DNA of 64,000 nt from a virus. The notes beneath the pieces were generated by a model that saw only the letters and a program-made list of their open reading frames with translations, ran no database searches and was not told the DNA's origin. The position numbers and the translations under genes were made by a program. The stretch spans positions 22,260 to 86,259 of the IMG/VR virus record IMGVR_UViG_3300048790_000078; one strand, written 5' to 3'. Below, piece after piece: positions 18,148 to 26,411 of the stretch. The stretch's first letter is position 1. The number at the start of each line of letters is the position of its first letter.

Positions 18148-19647
18148 ATGCCATCCACCCTGAACATCGCAAATTACGCCGATGCGGGCTTTCCCGCAGT
18201 GGCAATCGCAACCGCCGACGAAGACAGATCCATCGCCCACTGTCTCTCGCAACTGAACAGGCCGAACGCCTGGCGCATCGCGGCGTCCGGCGGCCTGCTC
18301 GACGCCCGCACCGGCCGGGCCGTAGACGAAAAGGGCAACTACACCACGGCCCTGCTGAAAATGCGCACGCTGAAGCAGAACGAAGCCCCGCAGTGCGTCC
18401 TGTTCATGCTGGACTACCAGCATGTCATCCGCAACGCGGCGGCGTACCGGGCGCTCCGGGACACCATGACAACCTGCAAAGCGCTCGGGGCAATGATCGT
18501 GCTCGTGTCTCCGGCATGGCAACTGCCGGCGGAACTGGAACACGATATCCCGGTCGTGAACGACGCGCTGCCATCGCGGGAAGAACTGAACGCATCGCTC
18601 ACGATCTGCGCAAACGGCGCGGGCGCAGTGGTCGATGACGCAACCCGCACGGCCATCCTCGACGCCGCTTCCGGCCTGACCCTGGGCGAAGCGGAAGGCG
18701 CGATCGCACTCAGCTTCAACGGCACCAGCTTCGATCCCGGACTGGTCACCGAAGAGAAGATGAAGCTGGTCCGGCAGTCCGGTTACCTCGAAGTCTCCGC
18801 ACCGGCGAACATCGCGGACCTGGGCGGGCTCGGCGGGTTCCGCAGCTACATCGAACAGGAAGTCGTTCCCGTGCTGCATGAACCGGACCTGAGAGTTCGC
18901 GGCGTGTTGCTGGTCGGAATTCCTGGCACGGGAAAGTCGCTTGCGGCCCGCGTCATGTCGGCGATGCTCAACCGCCCTATTCTCCGATGCGATATCGGGT
19001 CTCTCCAGGGGTCTCTGGTCGGCGAATCTGAACGCAAAATGGCCGCGATGTTCAAGCTGGCCGAAGCCGTCGCACCTATCACGTTATGGTTTGACGAGCT
19101 TGAGAAGGCAGTCGGCGGCTATGCGTCATCGGCCAATACCGATGGCGGCGTGAAGCTCGGGATGGTCGGCATGCTGCTTACCTTCCTGCAAGAACACCGA
19201 AGCGACATTATCGTAGTCGCGACGGTCAACGACTACCAGAAACTCCCCGCCGAACTGACACGCGCAGGCCGCTTCGATGAACGGTTCTTCGTGAACCTGC
19301 CATCGTGGGCGGAGCGGGTCGAGATCGCCGCAGTCCATCTCCGCAAATACGGAATCGCTGGCGGGACATGCGCGGAGCGCGCGGCGGACCTCAGCTCTGA
19401 ATGGACGGGCGCGGAGATCGAGCAATTGGTCCGCTCGGCTGCCCGGCGCACGCGGCGCGCCATCACACCGGAAGCTCTTGAAGCTTGCGCTCCAGACATT
19501 CGCCCGATCTCCAAAGTCCGAGGGCCGGAGATCGCAGCCCTTCGCGAATGGGGCACGGCGAACCTTCGCCTGGCAAACACGGTGGAAGCAACGCAGCCGG
19601 TAGCGTCGGGCCGGAAGATTGGTGCGCGCGTCGCAAAGGCAAGCTGA
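18148..19647 (+). CDS. AAA+ ATPase, Ycf46-like
   Basis: Walker A GIPGTGKS, GSLVGESE, Walker B LWFDELEK, SRH LPAELTRAGRFDE; degenerate N-terminal AAA domain. Confidence 0.9.
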   Translation: MPSTLNIANYADAGFPAVAIATADEDRSIAHCLSQLNRPNAWRIAASGGLLDARTGRAVDEKGNYTTALLKMRTLKQNEAPQCVLFMLDYQHVIRNAAAYRALRDTMTTCKALGAMIVLVSPAWQLPAELEHDIPVVNDALPSREELNASLTICANGAGAVVDDATRTAILDAASGLTLGEAEGAIALSFNGTSFDPGLVTEEKMKLVRQSGYLEVSAPANIADLGGLGGFRSYIEQEVVPVLHEPDLRVRGVLLVGIPGTGKSLAARVMSAMLNRPILRCDIGSLQGSLVGESERKMAAMFKLAEAVAPITLWFDELEKAVGGYASSANTDGGVKLGMVGMLLTFLQEHRSDIIVVATVNDYQKLPAELTRAGRFDERFFVNLPSWAERVEIAAVHLRKYGIAGGTCAERAADLSSEWTGAEIEQLVRSAARRTRRAITPEALEACAPDIRPISKVRGPEIAALREWGTANLRLANTVEATQPVASGRKIGARVAKAS

Positions 19648-19967
19648 TGATTTGCGACTTCTGTTCGGAACCTCAGCCTGCAATCGCCTTCGAATATCCC
19701 TGCCGGGACTTCGTAGCGCTGGACCCGGATGAAAACCATCTGGGCTTGGGGCTTGGAATGAATGGGTCGTGGCTGGCCTGTTCGTCCTGCTCGGAACTGA
19801 TCGAGCGCGGCATGCTGTCCGAACTGGCAACCCGCCAGCTTGCCGCCCGCGATGACCTGCCCGAAGATCTCGACTTCCAATGCGAGATCATCGGCCTGCT
19901 GGTGCAAACCTTCATGCGGTTCCAGTCTCTTCGCATGGGACCGCGCCGCGAACTTCAACCCGCATAA
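19647..19967 (+). CDS. Zn-binding hypothetical protein
   Basis: ICDFCS...WLACSSC. Confidence 0.65.
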   Translation: MICDFCSEPQPAIAFEYPCRDFVALDPDENHLGLGLGMNGSWLACSSCSELIERGMLSELATRQLAARDDLPEDLDFQCEIIGLLVQTFMRFQSLRMGPRRELQPA

Positions 19968-19992
19968 TCGAAACCGAAAGGAAACCTTCACC

Positions 19993-20976
19993 ATGAGCAC
20001 AATTAACGAACGGGCCATGCTCGTTACCCTGAACATCAGCATGTGGACTGCGGCGGTCGGAGATTCCGAAGCCGCGAAAGAAGCCATGCGCGCAATCGGC
20101 GCGGATGAGAAATTCGAATCGGGCTCCGAAACCGGACGCCTGACGAAGTTCCTCATCGATCCGAAAGCGCTCGCACCTGGCAATAAGCTGGCGGGCGCGG
20201 CGCGCAAACAGCACAAGAAACTGACGTCGCCGTACTCTGACGACAGCACGCGCATCATCGCAGGCGCGGGCTACCGGAAATACATGGACGGCATGGCGGA
20301 AGCCGAGCGGGACTTCTGGAACTGGTACCAGCACACGTTCAAGCCGGCGTACCCGGGACTGGTGGCCAAAGCGCGGACCACGCGCAAAGGCGACTTCCGG
20401 CTGAGCGAGTATCCCGATGCGCACCTGATCGATATCGACCGTGGGGAATGGCGGGACAGGACGCCATCGACCAAGCTCGATCGCAAGTTCGGATTCGCAG
20501 TCACCCCGGCGCCGGTCCCTGAAGCGAATCACTTCTCGAACCTGATCGGAGTCAGCGCGGCGGACATGGCTCTGATTCAGCAGTCGGCCATGAACGACGC
20601 CAACGCCCGCATCGAGCGCGCGGTGAACGACGTGTGGCAGCGGCTTCTGGTAGTGGTCGAAGCCATGGTGGAACGGCTCACCGTGTTCGGTACGCCGCTC
20701 GTAGACGAAAACGGACAGGAAACTGGCAAACGGGCTTTCTTCCTCGATACGCTCGTGACCAACATCACCGGGCTTCTCGATCTGGTCCCGATCCTGAACG
20801 TGACGGCGGATCCGGAGATCACGGCGACGGCGCGGGAGATCGAGCAGCGCCTGACGCAATACAGCCCGCAGGTGCTCAGGAGCTCGCCGCAGATCCGCAC
20901 TGACGTACTCAGGTCGGCAACTCAGATCATGAGCTCTATCCGCGGCACTCGCCGGATCGTTGCGAGGGCGGCGTAA
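19993..20976 (+). CDS. DUF3150-like protein
   Basis: AMLVTLNISMWT...YPD...KFGFAV...LNVTADPEI; located next to the AAA ATPase. Confidence 0.55.
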   Translation: MSTINERAMLVTLNISMWTAAVGDSEAAKEAMRAIGADEKFESGSETGRLTKFLIDPKALAPGNKLAGAARKQHKKLTSPYSDDSTRIIAGAGYRKYMDGMAEAERDFWNWYQHTFKPAYPGLVAKARTTRKGDFRLSEYPDAHLIDIDRGEWRDRTPSTKLDRKFGFAVTPAPVPEANHFSNLIGVSAADMALIQQSAMNDANARIERAVNDVWQRLLVVVEAMVERLTVFGTPLVDENGQETGKRAFFLDTLVTNITGLLDLVPILNVTADPEITATAREIEQRLTQYSPQVLRSSPQIRTDVLRSATQIMSSIRGTRRIVARAA

Positions 20977-21215
20977 TGGCGGCAATCGCAAAGGTGCGCA
21001 GCGGGGAACTGCGCACCGTGTACGACGATCGGTGGGCCGGCATCCTGTCGGCCATCGGCAAAGTCACCATCGAACGCGCGTCGGATGTCGAGTACGACCA
21101 CGGCGCGGGTGAATGGGTCGCAACGCATCACGCCACGGGCGTAGTCATAGCGCGTGGCGCAAACCGCAGCGAAGTTATCGCCGCCGAAGTTCGGTGGCTC
21201 GAAGAGAGGATCTGA
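20976..21215 (+). CDS. Conserved small protein of the AAA module
   Basis: LRTVYDD...IERASDVEYD...GEWVA...RSEVIAAEVRWLE. Confidence 0.65.
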   Translation: MAAIAKVRSGELRTVYDDRWAGILSAIGKVTIERASDVEYDHGAGEWVATHHATGVVIARGANRSEVIAAEVRWLEERI

Positions 21216-21722
21216 ATGTCGCACACCGTCAAAATCGCAATCGAGTTTCAGAACCGCACGGCGCTTTCCGCAGCCGTAGAAGCCATCGGGGGCACCGTCA
21301 GGGGCGAGGGCACTCACTACCTGTTCGCTGGGCAGGAGCAAGGCTTCTGCTTCGAGCTGCCAGGCTGGCGCTACCCGCTGGTACTCCGCAGCGACAACAC
21401 GCTGGCCTTCGATGACTATCACGGCTCCTGGGGCAACGTGAAGGACATCGACAAGCTGAAGGGCGCCTATGCCATCGAAGCCGCGCATCAGGCGGCATCG
21501 GAGCAAGGCTGGATCTCGGAGCGGCAGGCGGACGGCACTCTGCTGATCTATCACCCGTCCGGCGGGACGTTCACCGTAACGAACGAGGGCGTGATGGACG
21601 CAACCGGGTTTGTCGGGACCAGTTGCGACGTGGCCGCCGTCATCGAAGCTGCACTCGGTCCTGTGTCCGAACGGCAGAACAAAGCGGATTACTACGTGGA
21701 GTCGGTTCACATTCGAGAATAG
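21216..21722 (+). CDS. DUF1257 (Ycf35-like) fused to a DUF2997-like C-terminus
   Basis: MSHTVKIAIEFQNRTALSAAV...FDDYHGSWG...AYAIEAA; C-term GFVGTSC...IEAALG...KADYY. Confidence 0.65.
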   Translation: MSHTVKIAIEFQNRTALSAAVEAIGGTVRGEGTHYLFAGQEQGFCFELPGWRYPLVLRSDNTLAFDDYHGSWGNVKDIDKLKGAYAIEAAHQAASEQGWISERQADGTLLIYHPSGGTFTVTNEGVMDATGFVGTSCDVAAVIEAALGPVSERQNKADYYVESVHIRE

Positions 21723-21750
21723 AGCGCTTCCCCTTTCCGAAGGGGCCTGA

Positions 21751-21981
21751 ATGGCTCTGGCTCTGGCTCTGGCTATGGCTATGGCGATGGCTAAAAACTT
21801 CCAGCCGGGGGATTCCCGGCATCCTAACGCGCTTCAGGCAACGGCAGAGGCCCGCGCCATTGACGAACTCGACCACGTACTTTCGCTGCGGTTGGCCGGT
21901 GGCAGCTACAAGGCCATCGCCGAAGCGACCGGCTGGAGCGTTGCGAAAGTCCGGAAGGTATGCAAACAGGAGGACTGTTAA
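21751..21981 (+). CDS. Small HTH protein (true start probably near 21787)
   Basis: VLSLRLAGGSYKAIAEATGWSVAKVRKV. Confidence 0.65.
   Translation: MALALALAMAMAMAKNFQPGDSRHPNALQATAEARAIDELDHVLSLRLAGGSYKAIAEATGWSVAKVRKVCKQEDC
21753..21791 (+). repeat. Hexamer tandem repeat (GGCTCT)3(GGCTAT)2GGCGATGGC
   Basis: Read directly from the sequence. Confidence 0.9.
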
Positions 21982-22247
21982 TGCCGAAATCGAAACCGAA
22001 GGGACGCCGAGTTACATCGCTCCAGCGTGCTCAGGACTTGCGGATGTTCCTCGCCGCGATTCAGGAAGCCGGTGACCGCTATGGCTTCCGCATCGAATCG
22101 GAGGACGTTGGCCGCAATCTGGCCATCTTCGACGAACGCGAGGAGCGGCCGGCAACCTGGCCCGTGGTGGCCTTCGCCGAAAGCATCGGCGCAAAGGTCA
22201 AAGGGCTGAACATGCAGTCCATCATGCCAACGACCATGGAGGAGTGA
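21981..22247 (+). CDS. Hypothetical protein
   Basis: GGAGG RBS, TAATG overlap. Confidence 0.6.
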   Translation: MPKSKPKGRRVTSLQRAQDLRMFLAAIQEAGDRYGFRIESEDVGRNLAIFDEREERPATWPVVAFAESIGAKVKGLNMQSIMPTTMEE

Positions 22248-22254
22248 AAGCCCG

Positions 22255-22803
22255 ATGGAAACGACTCTGTACTACAGGGACGAAGAGAACAATTCCGACA
22301 AGTTCTACCGTGCCCGTCTCGATTTGATAGCCGCGACCGTCACTTTCACTTGGGGGCGGCGCGGCACGGTCGGACAATCGAAAACGGAGACGTTCGGTGG
22401 GGCCGCATGGAGGGCGGAGGAAGCCTACCGTTCAAAGCTGGCAGAGAAGCGGGCGAAGGGCTACCAGGAAGACTACCGCGACGTTTCCGGTGCCCGGCGG
22501 TGCTGCATCACCGGCTGCACCGTAACGGCTGAATCTCCAAGCGCCTATTGCAGCCGTCATCGTTCCGCTGCCGGGATTTCTCCGCCCAATCCAGTACCTT
22601 TTCATCGCCCGACTGGATCCCCGCCGCCGTCATTCGATCCGCCTCAGGTCCGCTCCAATTACCGCGTTCCTGCTCGGCCACTGCAACGAACGGCAGTTCC
22701 TGAACCACCCACTCCCGAACCCGCGCCGATCATGCTGTTTGGCGGTCGGCGCATCATCAAAGCAAACAGGTCACTGCAAAAGAAAGAGGACACGAACCCA
22801 TGA
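22255..22803 (+). CDS. WGR domain protein with Pro-rich tail
   Basis: NSDKFY...VTFTWGRRGTVGQ...EKRAKGY. Confidence 0.88.
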   Translation: METTLYYRDEENNSDKFYRARLDLIAATVTFTWGRRGTVGQSKTETFGGAAWRAEEAYRSKLAEKRAKGYQEDYRDVSGARRCCITGCTVTAESPSAYCSRHRSAAGISPPNPVPFHRPTGSPPPSFDPPQVRSNYRVPARPLQRTAVPEPPTPEPAPIMLFGGRRIIKANRSLQKKEDTNP

Positions 22804-24098
22804 CAACCACGACACCGATCAAATTCCTCCGCCTTGAAGCCTTCAGCGCTTCGGGAAGCAAGTTCTACTCCATCGAAATCAACGAAGACCCGGACTGGGT
22901 CGAGAAGACAGGCATCGCCACTCAGCGATTCACCGTGGACTTCAGCTACGGCGCAGTCGGCGGCTCGATCAAGAGCGGCACGAAGACTCCTAGGCCGGTC
23001 GCTCTCGACAAGGCCGAAGCCATCATGGACAAGCTGCGGATGGAGAAGCAGAACGGCGAGAGCCACTATCATTTCGTCGAAGAGCGCAACGCTGGAGTTC
23101 CGGCCTTCGCTCATCCCAGCCTCGACTGCCCGCCGGCCGCCGCATCGCGCTTCCCCGATTTGGCTGAACGCAAGTATGCCAACTACCAGATGAACAAAGC
23201 CGCGTTCGGTGCGATAGGGATTGACGCTCCGCCGAAACCGCTTCCGGCCTGCATCCCGCCGCGACTGCTCAACGACGTAGACCACGACGCCATCCTGAAC
23301 CTGACCAAGCTCGATAACTGGTGGGTCCAGATCAAGCACGACGGAGACCGGGTGCAATTGCACTGGGACCACGAAACGCAGTCCATCGTCCTATACTCCG
23401 GCCGGTCGGCAAAGACCAGGGCATGCCCGGCGGCCATCGCGGAGGCCTGCGCTGGCATCACCGATGAATCCTTCGTCCTTGACGGCGAGCTCGTCGGCGA
23501 AACGCTCTGGGTCTTCGATCTCCTGAAGTCTCGCTCCAAGGTCCACACGTTCGACCTGATCGCGGCCGAGGCGTCGTACAAGGACCGCTACGCACTGCTC
23601 ATCCGGTCACTGGCAAGCTGGTCCCGGCAATCTCCCCGCTTCGCTGCCGGTGCTATCCGGCTGGTGATCGCGGCGCAAACCTACGAAGAGAAGGCCGAAC
23701 TAATCCTGAAGGCGAAAGAGGAGCACGCCGAAGGCGTCGTGTTCGTAAATAACCGGGCTCCATACCGCGCCGGGCGCCCGAACCGCGGCGGGGACAATCT
23801 CCGCTGGAAGTTCATCGCATCCGGCTCTTTCATCGTCCACTCGCACAACATGGACAAGGGGAAGATGTCGATCGACGTCGCGCTCTATGACGGCACCGTA
23901 ATCGGCACCTGTTCTGTGATCGGCAAGGAGGTTCCTGCAATCGGTGCGATCTGCGAAATCGCCTACCTTTACTGCCTTGAAAAGCTGGTGCAGGCCCGGC
24001 TGAAAGGCGTCCGCACCGACGTTCCACGCATCGCCTGTAACCGCCGCCAGTTGAAGTTTCGGGACGGGATCGACCCGTCGAAAGGACGTGCGCGATGA
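22800..24098 (+). CDS. WGR-like domain plus ATP-dependent polynucleotide ligase
   Basis: SGSKFY...FSYGAVG N-terminus; motif I QIKHDGDR, III VLDGEL, IIIa VFDLL, IV EGVVF, V RWKF. Confidence 0.85.
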   Translation: MTTTTPIKFLRLEAFSASGSKFYSIEINEDPDWVEKTGIATQRFTVDFSYGAVGGSIKSGTKTPRPVALDKAEAIMDKLRMEKQNGESHYHFVEERNAGVPAFAHPSLDCPPAAASRFPDLAERKYANYQMNKAAFGAIGIDAPPKPLPACIPPRLLNDVDHDAILNLTKLDNWWVQIKHDGDRVQLHWDHETQSIVLYSGRSAKTRACPAAIAEACAGITDESFVLDGELVGETLWVFDLLKSRSKVHTFDLIAAEASYKDRYALLIRSLASWSRQSPRFAAGAIRLVIAAQTYEEKAELILKAKEEHAEGVVFVNNRAPYRAGRPNRGGDNLRWKFIASGSFIVHSHNMDKGKMSIDVALYDGTVIGTCSVIGKEVPAIGAICEIAYLYCLEKLVQARLKGVRTDVPRIACNRRQLKFRDGIDPSKGRAR

Positions 24099-24589
24099 AG
24101 ATGCTCTTGAAGTGCGTCTGCAGCAACGAATTCAGCGATGGATACGACTACGCCGTCGTGGACCTCGACCCGGACCTGGCCAACCTGCTCCTGCAACGGA
24201 TCGAGATGTTCCAGATGCTGACCGCTCACCCGGCGTTCTTTATCTCGTCGCCGGCTGCCGCCAATTCTCTGTATGAGATGCGCTTCCATGACTGCTCGGT
24301 CCAGTACCTCAACGATGAATGCACGATGACCGACGATGATTCGCCAACGGTCGATGATATCGATTTCGGCGAAAAGGAATTCACTCAACTGCCGGACGGC
24401 TTCGAGATCCGCGAGGACTGGCACGCCCGCTCCGAAGGTGACTACATGGTCATCCGCAATCAGGGTGTGACCGAACCACGCTTTGAAGTCTGCTGGGTCT
24501 GCCGCCCGAAACACACCTCGGACCATGTTGAGACGGCAGATCTCGACCTGGAAACCATCAAGATCGCAGCGAAAGGACAGAACCTGTGA
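24095..24589 (+). CDS. Acidic hypothetical protein
   Basis: ATGA-coupled; Asp/Glu-rich. Confidence 0.7.
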   Translation: MKMLLKCVCSNEFSDGYDYAVVDLDPDLANLLLQRIEMFQMLTAHPAFFISSPAAANSLYEMRFHDCSVQYLNDECTMTDDDSPTVDDIDFGEKEFTQLPDGFEIREDWHARSEGDYMVIRNQGVTEPRFEVCWVCRPKHTSDHVETADLDLETIKIAAKGQNL

Positions 24590-25209
24590 AATTCCAACTG
24601 ACCGTCAACATCGATTCGGACCCGCTCAACCACGTCAACGACGTGCTCGGGGCCATGCACGAGGTCTCCATGGATCTCGAAGACCTGCGCGGCGAACCTC
24701 TGCCGCCAACCGGCACGGTCAAGTATCCGCTCGGCAAGGACCGCGCCACATGGACGTTCCGGGCGCCGCTGGCCGCTGGGTCGTCCTTCCCGCTTGACCA
24801 GCAGGCCATCTTCACCGCCAACGCCATGGACAACATGGCGACCGCACTTCGCGAACATGCCAACGACTTGCGGGCTAGTTCTCCTGGTGAGCCGAACTTC
24901 ACGGCGCGGGAAGCCTGTACGGTCCTCGCGGCACTGCGCTGCTTTCAGGAGATCGTTGCTGCGGCGAAGCCTGGCTTCAACAAAGACGTGATCTTCAATG
25001 CGTCGGCCGTCATCGCCATGGAGCACTTTGAAGACGCCGAACCTCTGACGCTCGACGAAATCGATTCGCTCTGCGAACGCATCAACGTGGAGTGGACAAG
25101 CCCGTTCGACCGCATCCGCCGATGCCTTAAATGCAATGAGACCTACCTGCTGCCGACCGATGGCGATCCTCACCGATGCCCGAAAGAGGACGCCGATGCC
25201 ACGGTATAG
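24586..25209 (+). CDS. Hypothetical protein
   Basis: TVLAALRCFQ...EPLTLDEIDSLCERIN. Confidence 0.7.
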   Translation: MKFQLTVNIDSDPLNHVNDVLGAMHEVSMDLEDLRGEPLPPTGTVKYPLGKDRATWTFRAPLAAGSSFPLDQQAIFTANAMDNMATALREHANDLRASSPGEPNFTAREACTVLAALRCFQEIVAAAKPGFNKDVIFNASAVIAMEHFEDAEPLTLDEIDSLCERINVEWTSPFDRIRRCLKCNETYLLPTDGDPHRCPKEDADATV

Positions 25210-25465
25210 ACTCCTCTGGGAGATCGACATCGAAGCTGGCACGCCGGAGCAAGCTGCTCGCCAGGCTCTGGCCATACAGCGCGATCCGCAATCGACGGCC
25301 ACGGCGTTCACGGTCCGCATGGTCGGGCCTTGCCCAAGCTGCCATGCCATGGCTGTTCACAAAGCTAAATGCAACACGCTGGCGAAGCTGTTCGGCTCGG
25401 GAACCGATAACGAACTGGAGCTTGCACCATCGATTCCTGTGGAGGTTGCCGATGCCAAAGCGTGA
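25196..25465 (+). CDS. Hypothetical protein
   Basis: YRLLWEIDIEAGTPEQAARQALAIQRDP. Confidence 0.65.
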   Translation: MPRYRLLWEIDIEAGTPEQAARQALAIQRDPQSTATAFTVRMVGPCPSCHAMAVHKAKCNTLAKLFGSGTDNELELAPSIPVEVADAKA

Positions 25466-25673
25466 CCACACCCCGCACATCAACGGAGACCGAGCCCGCT
25501 GCGCCTGCACAAAGTGGCAAGGGCTGTTCCGCGGGCCGGATGAAGCTGCTGGCGTTTTCACCCTGCGCGCGTCCGATGCTCACCGGGAGCACGTCGAGCG
25601 CGCCCGCCAGATGGTCGAGCAAACGGAACTATTCGGCCAGCAACCGGACCTGTTCGGCCAGGAGGCTGCATGA
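25452..25673 (+). CDS. Small protein with tandem QxxLF motifs
   Basis: GGAGG RBS; C-term QTELFGQQPDLFG. Confidence 0.6.
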   Translation: MPKRDHTPHINGDRARCACTKWQGLFRGPDEAAGVFTLRASDAHREHVERARQMVEQTELFGQQPDLFGQEAA

Positions 25674-25909
25674 AAATGACACGTCGAAACCAGGCCCGGT
25701 TCGTCCGGGAGCTATGCGACAGTATTCGCCATAGCGTCATCGAACTGATCGGATCCGGCGCGATTCCCGACACATGGAATGGCGCTGAACTTCGGGTTCT
25801 GCTCGCCGGTAAGTTCGCGGAATCGGCCAGTATGGTTCCCGATCTGCTCGACAAGCGCACTGCGCGCCGCCGGCAGTTCGACAACGATGTTCTCACGAGG
25901 AACCTATGA
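25670..25909 (+). CDS. Hypothetical protein
   Basis: IPDTWNGAELR motif; coupled. Confidence 0.65.
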   Translation: MKMTRRNQARFVRELCDSIRHSVIELIGSGAIPDTWNGAELRVLLAGKFAESASMVPDLLDKRTARRRQFDNDVLTRNL

Positions 25910-26208
25910 CGGACCTGCAACCCGAAGCGATTCGTGGTGGCACAACACCGGAAGACCTGCTCGTGCAGGCCTGCGCTGCCCAGCACTACTTCTGGGATCT
26001 GCTCGGGGCACTCGAAGACGCCTTGGGCGGAATTGAGATTTCTGCCGATCAGGATCTCGACAACGTGACCATCGAAAGCCTTATCGCAGCGGCGGACGAT
26101 GACGAAGAGGATGACGAACCTGCCGAAGAGTTCTGCGAGTGCGGACGTGCTCCGGCAGACTGCACCTATACTCTCGACAACCTGGTCCATGGAGACAGAA
26201 CGGAATGA
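25906..26208 (+). CDS. Very acidic small protein
   Basis: DDDEEDDEPAEE; coupled. Confidence 0.6.
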   Translation: MTDLQPEAIRGGTTPEDLLVQACAAQHYFWDLLGALEDALGGIEISADQDLDNVTIESLIAAADDDEEDDEPAEEFCECGRAPADCTYTLDNLVHGDRTE

Positions 26209-26411
26209 CGCCCCGCGAGGCTCTCCATGCGGCACTGAAGCGCGGCGGCAATGCCGACATCCTGGCTGCTGCCGCATACCACCTCGCAGTGGTCGACAAG
26301 CCCGGATTCGCAGAGCACGCCCGCAGCGTAGTTGGTTCCTCGGCCGCACAGTGGACGTTCGGCCTGTTCGTTCTGAAAGAAGAGGAGACAAATGCAACAG
26401 CAGCTTGTTGA
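26205..26411 (+). CDS. Hypothetical protein
   Basis: ATGA-coupled. Confidence 0.5.
   Translation: MTPREALHAALKRGGNADILAAAAYHLAVVDKPGFAEHARSVVGSSAAQWTFGLFVLKEEETNATAAC

Larger units (their letters stand above)
12639..20707 (+). repeat. Dispersed strand-oriented octamer CGTAGACG (15 copies)
   Basis: Starts at 12639, 14000, 14091, 14606, 14817, 15157, 15318, 15636, 16018, 16475, 16810, 17006, 17394, 18321, 20700. Confidence 0.93.

Noticed and set aside
13853-19990. Recurrent ACC(TTCC)CGAAAG motif upstream of early genes
   Set aside because: Always lies just upstream of ATG codons; most simply explained as a ribosome-binding leader.
12639-20707. CRISPR array or iteron interpretation of the octamer
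   Set aside because: The unit is only 8 bp, irregularly spaced and inside coding sequence; no cas genes are present.
15552-20991. Long antisense ORFs (15552-16724, 19233-20258, 19912-20991, also 6786-8018)
   Set aside because: Shadow ORFs opposite well-supported genes in GC-rich DNA, with no recognisable motifs.
11941-26290. Avoidance of GTCGAC as the sole cause of GTAGAC enrichment
   Set aside because: GTCGAC looks absent here by eye and may contribute. Avoidance does not explain the fixed flanking C and G, the choice of GTA over GTG, or the copies on stop codons.
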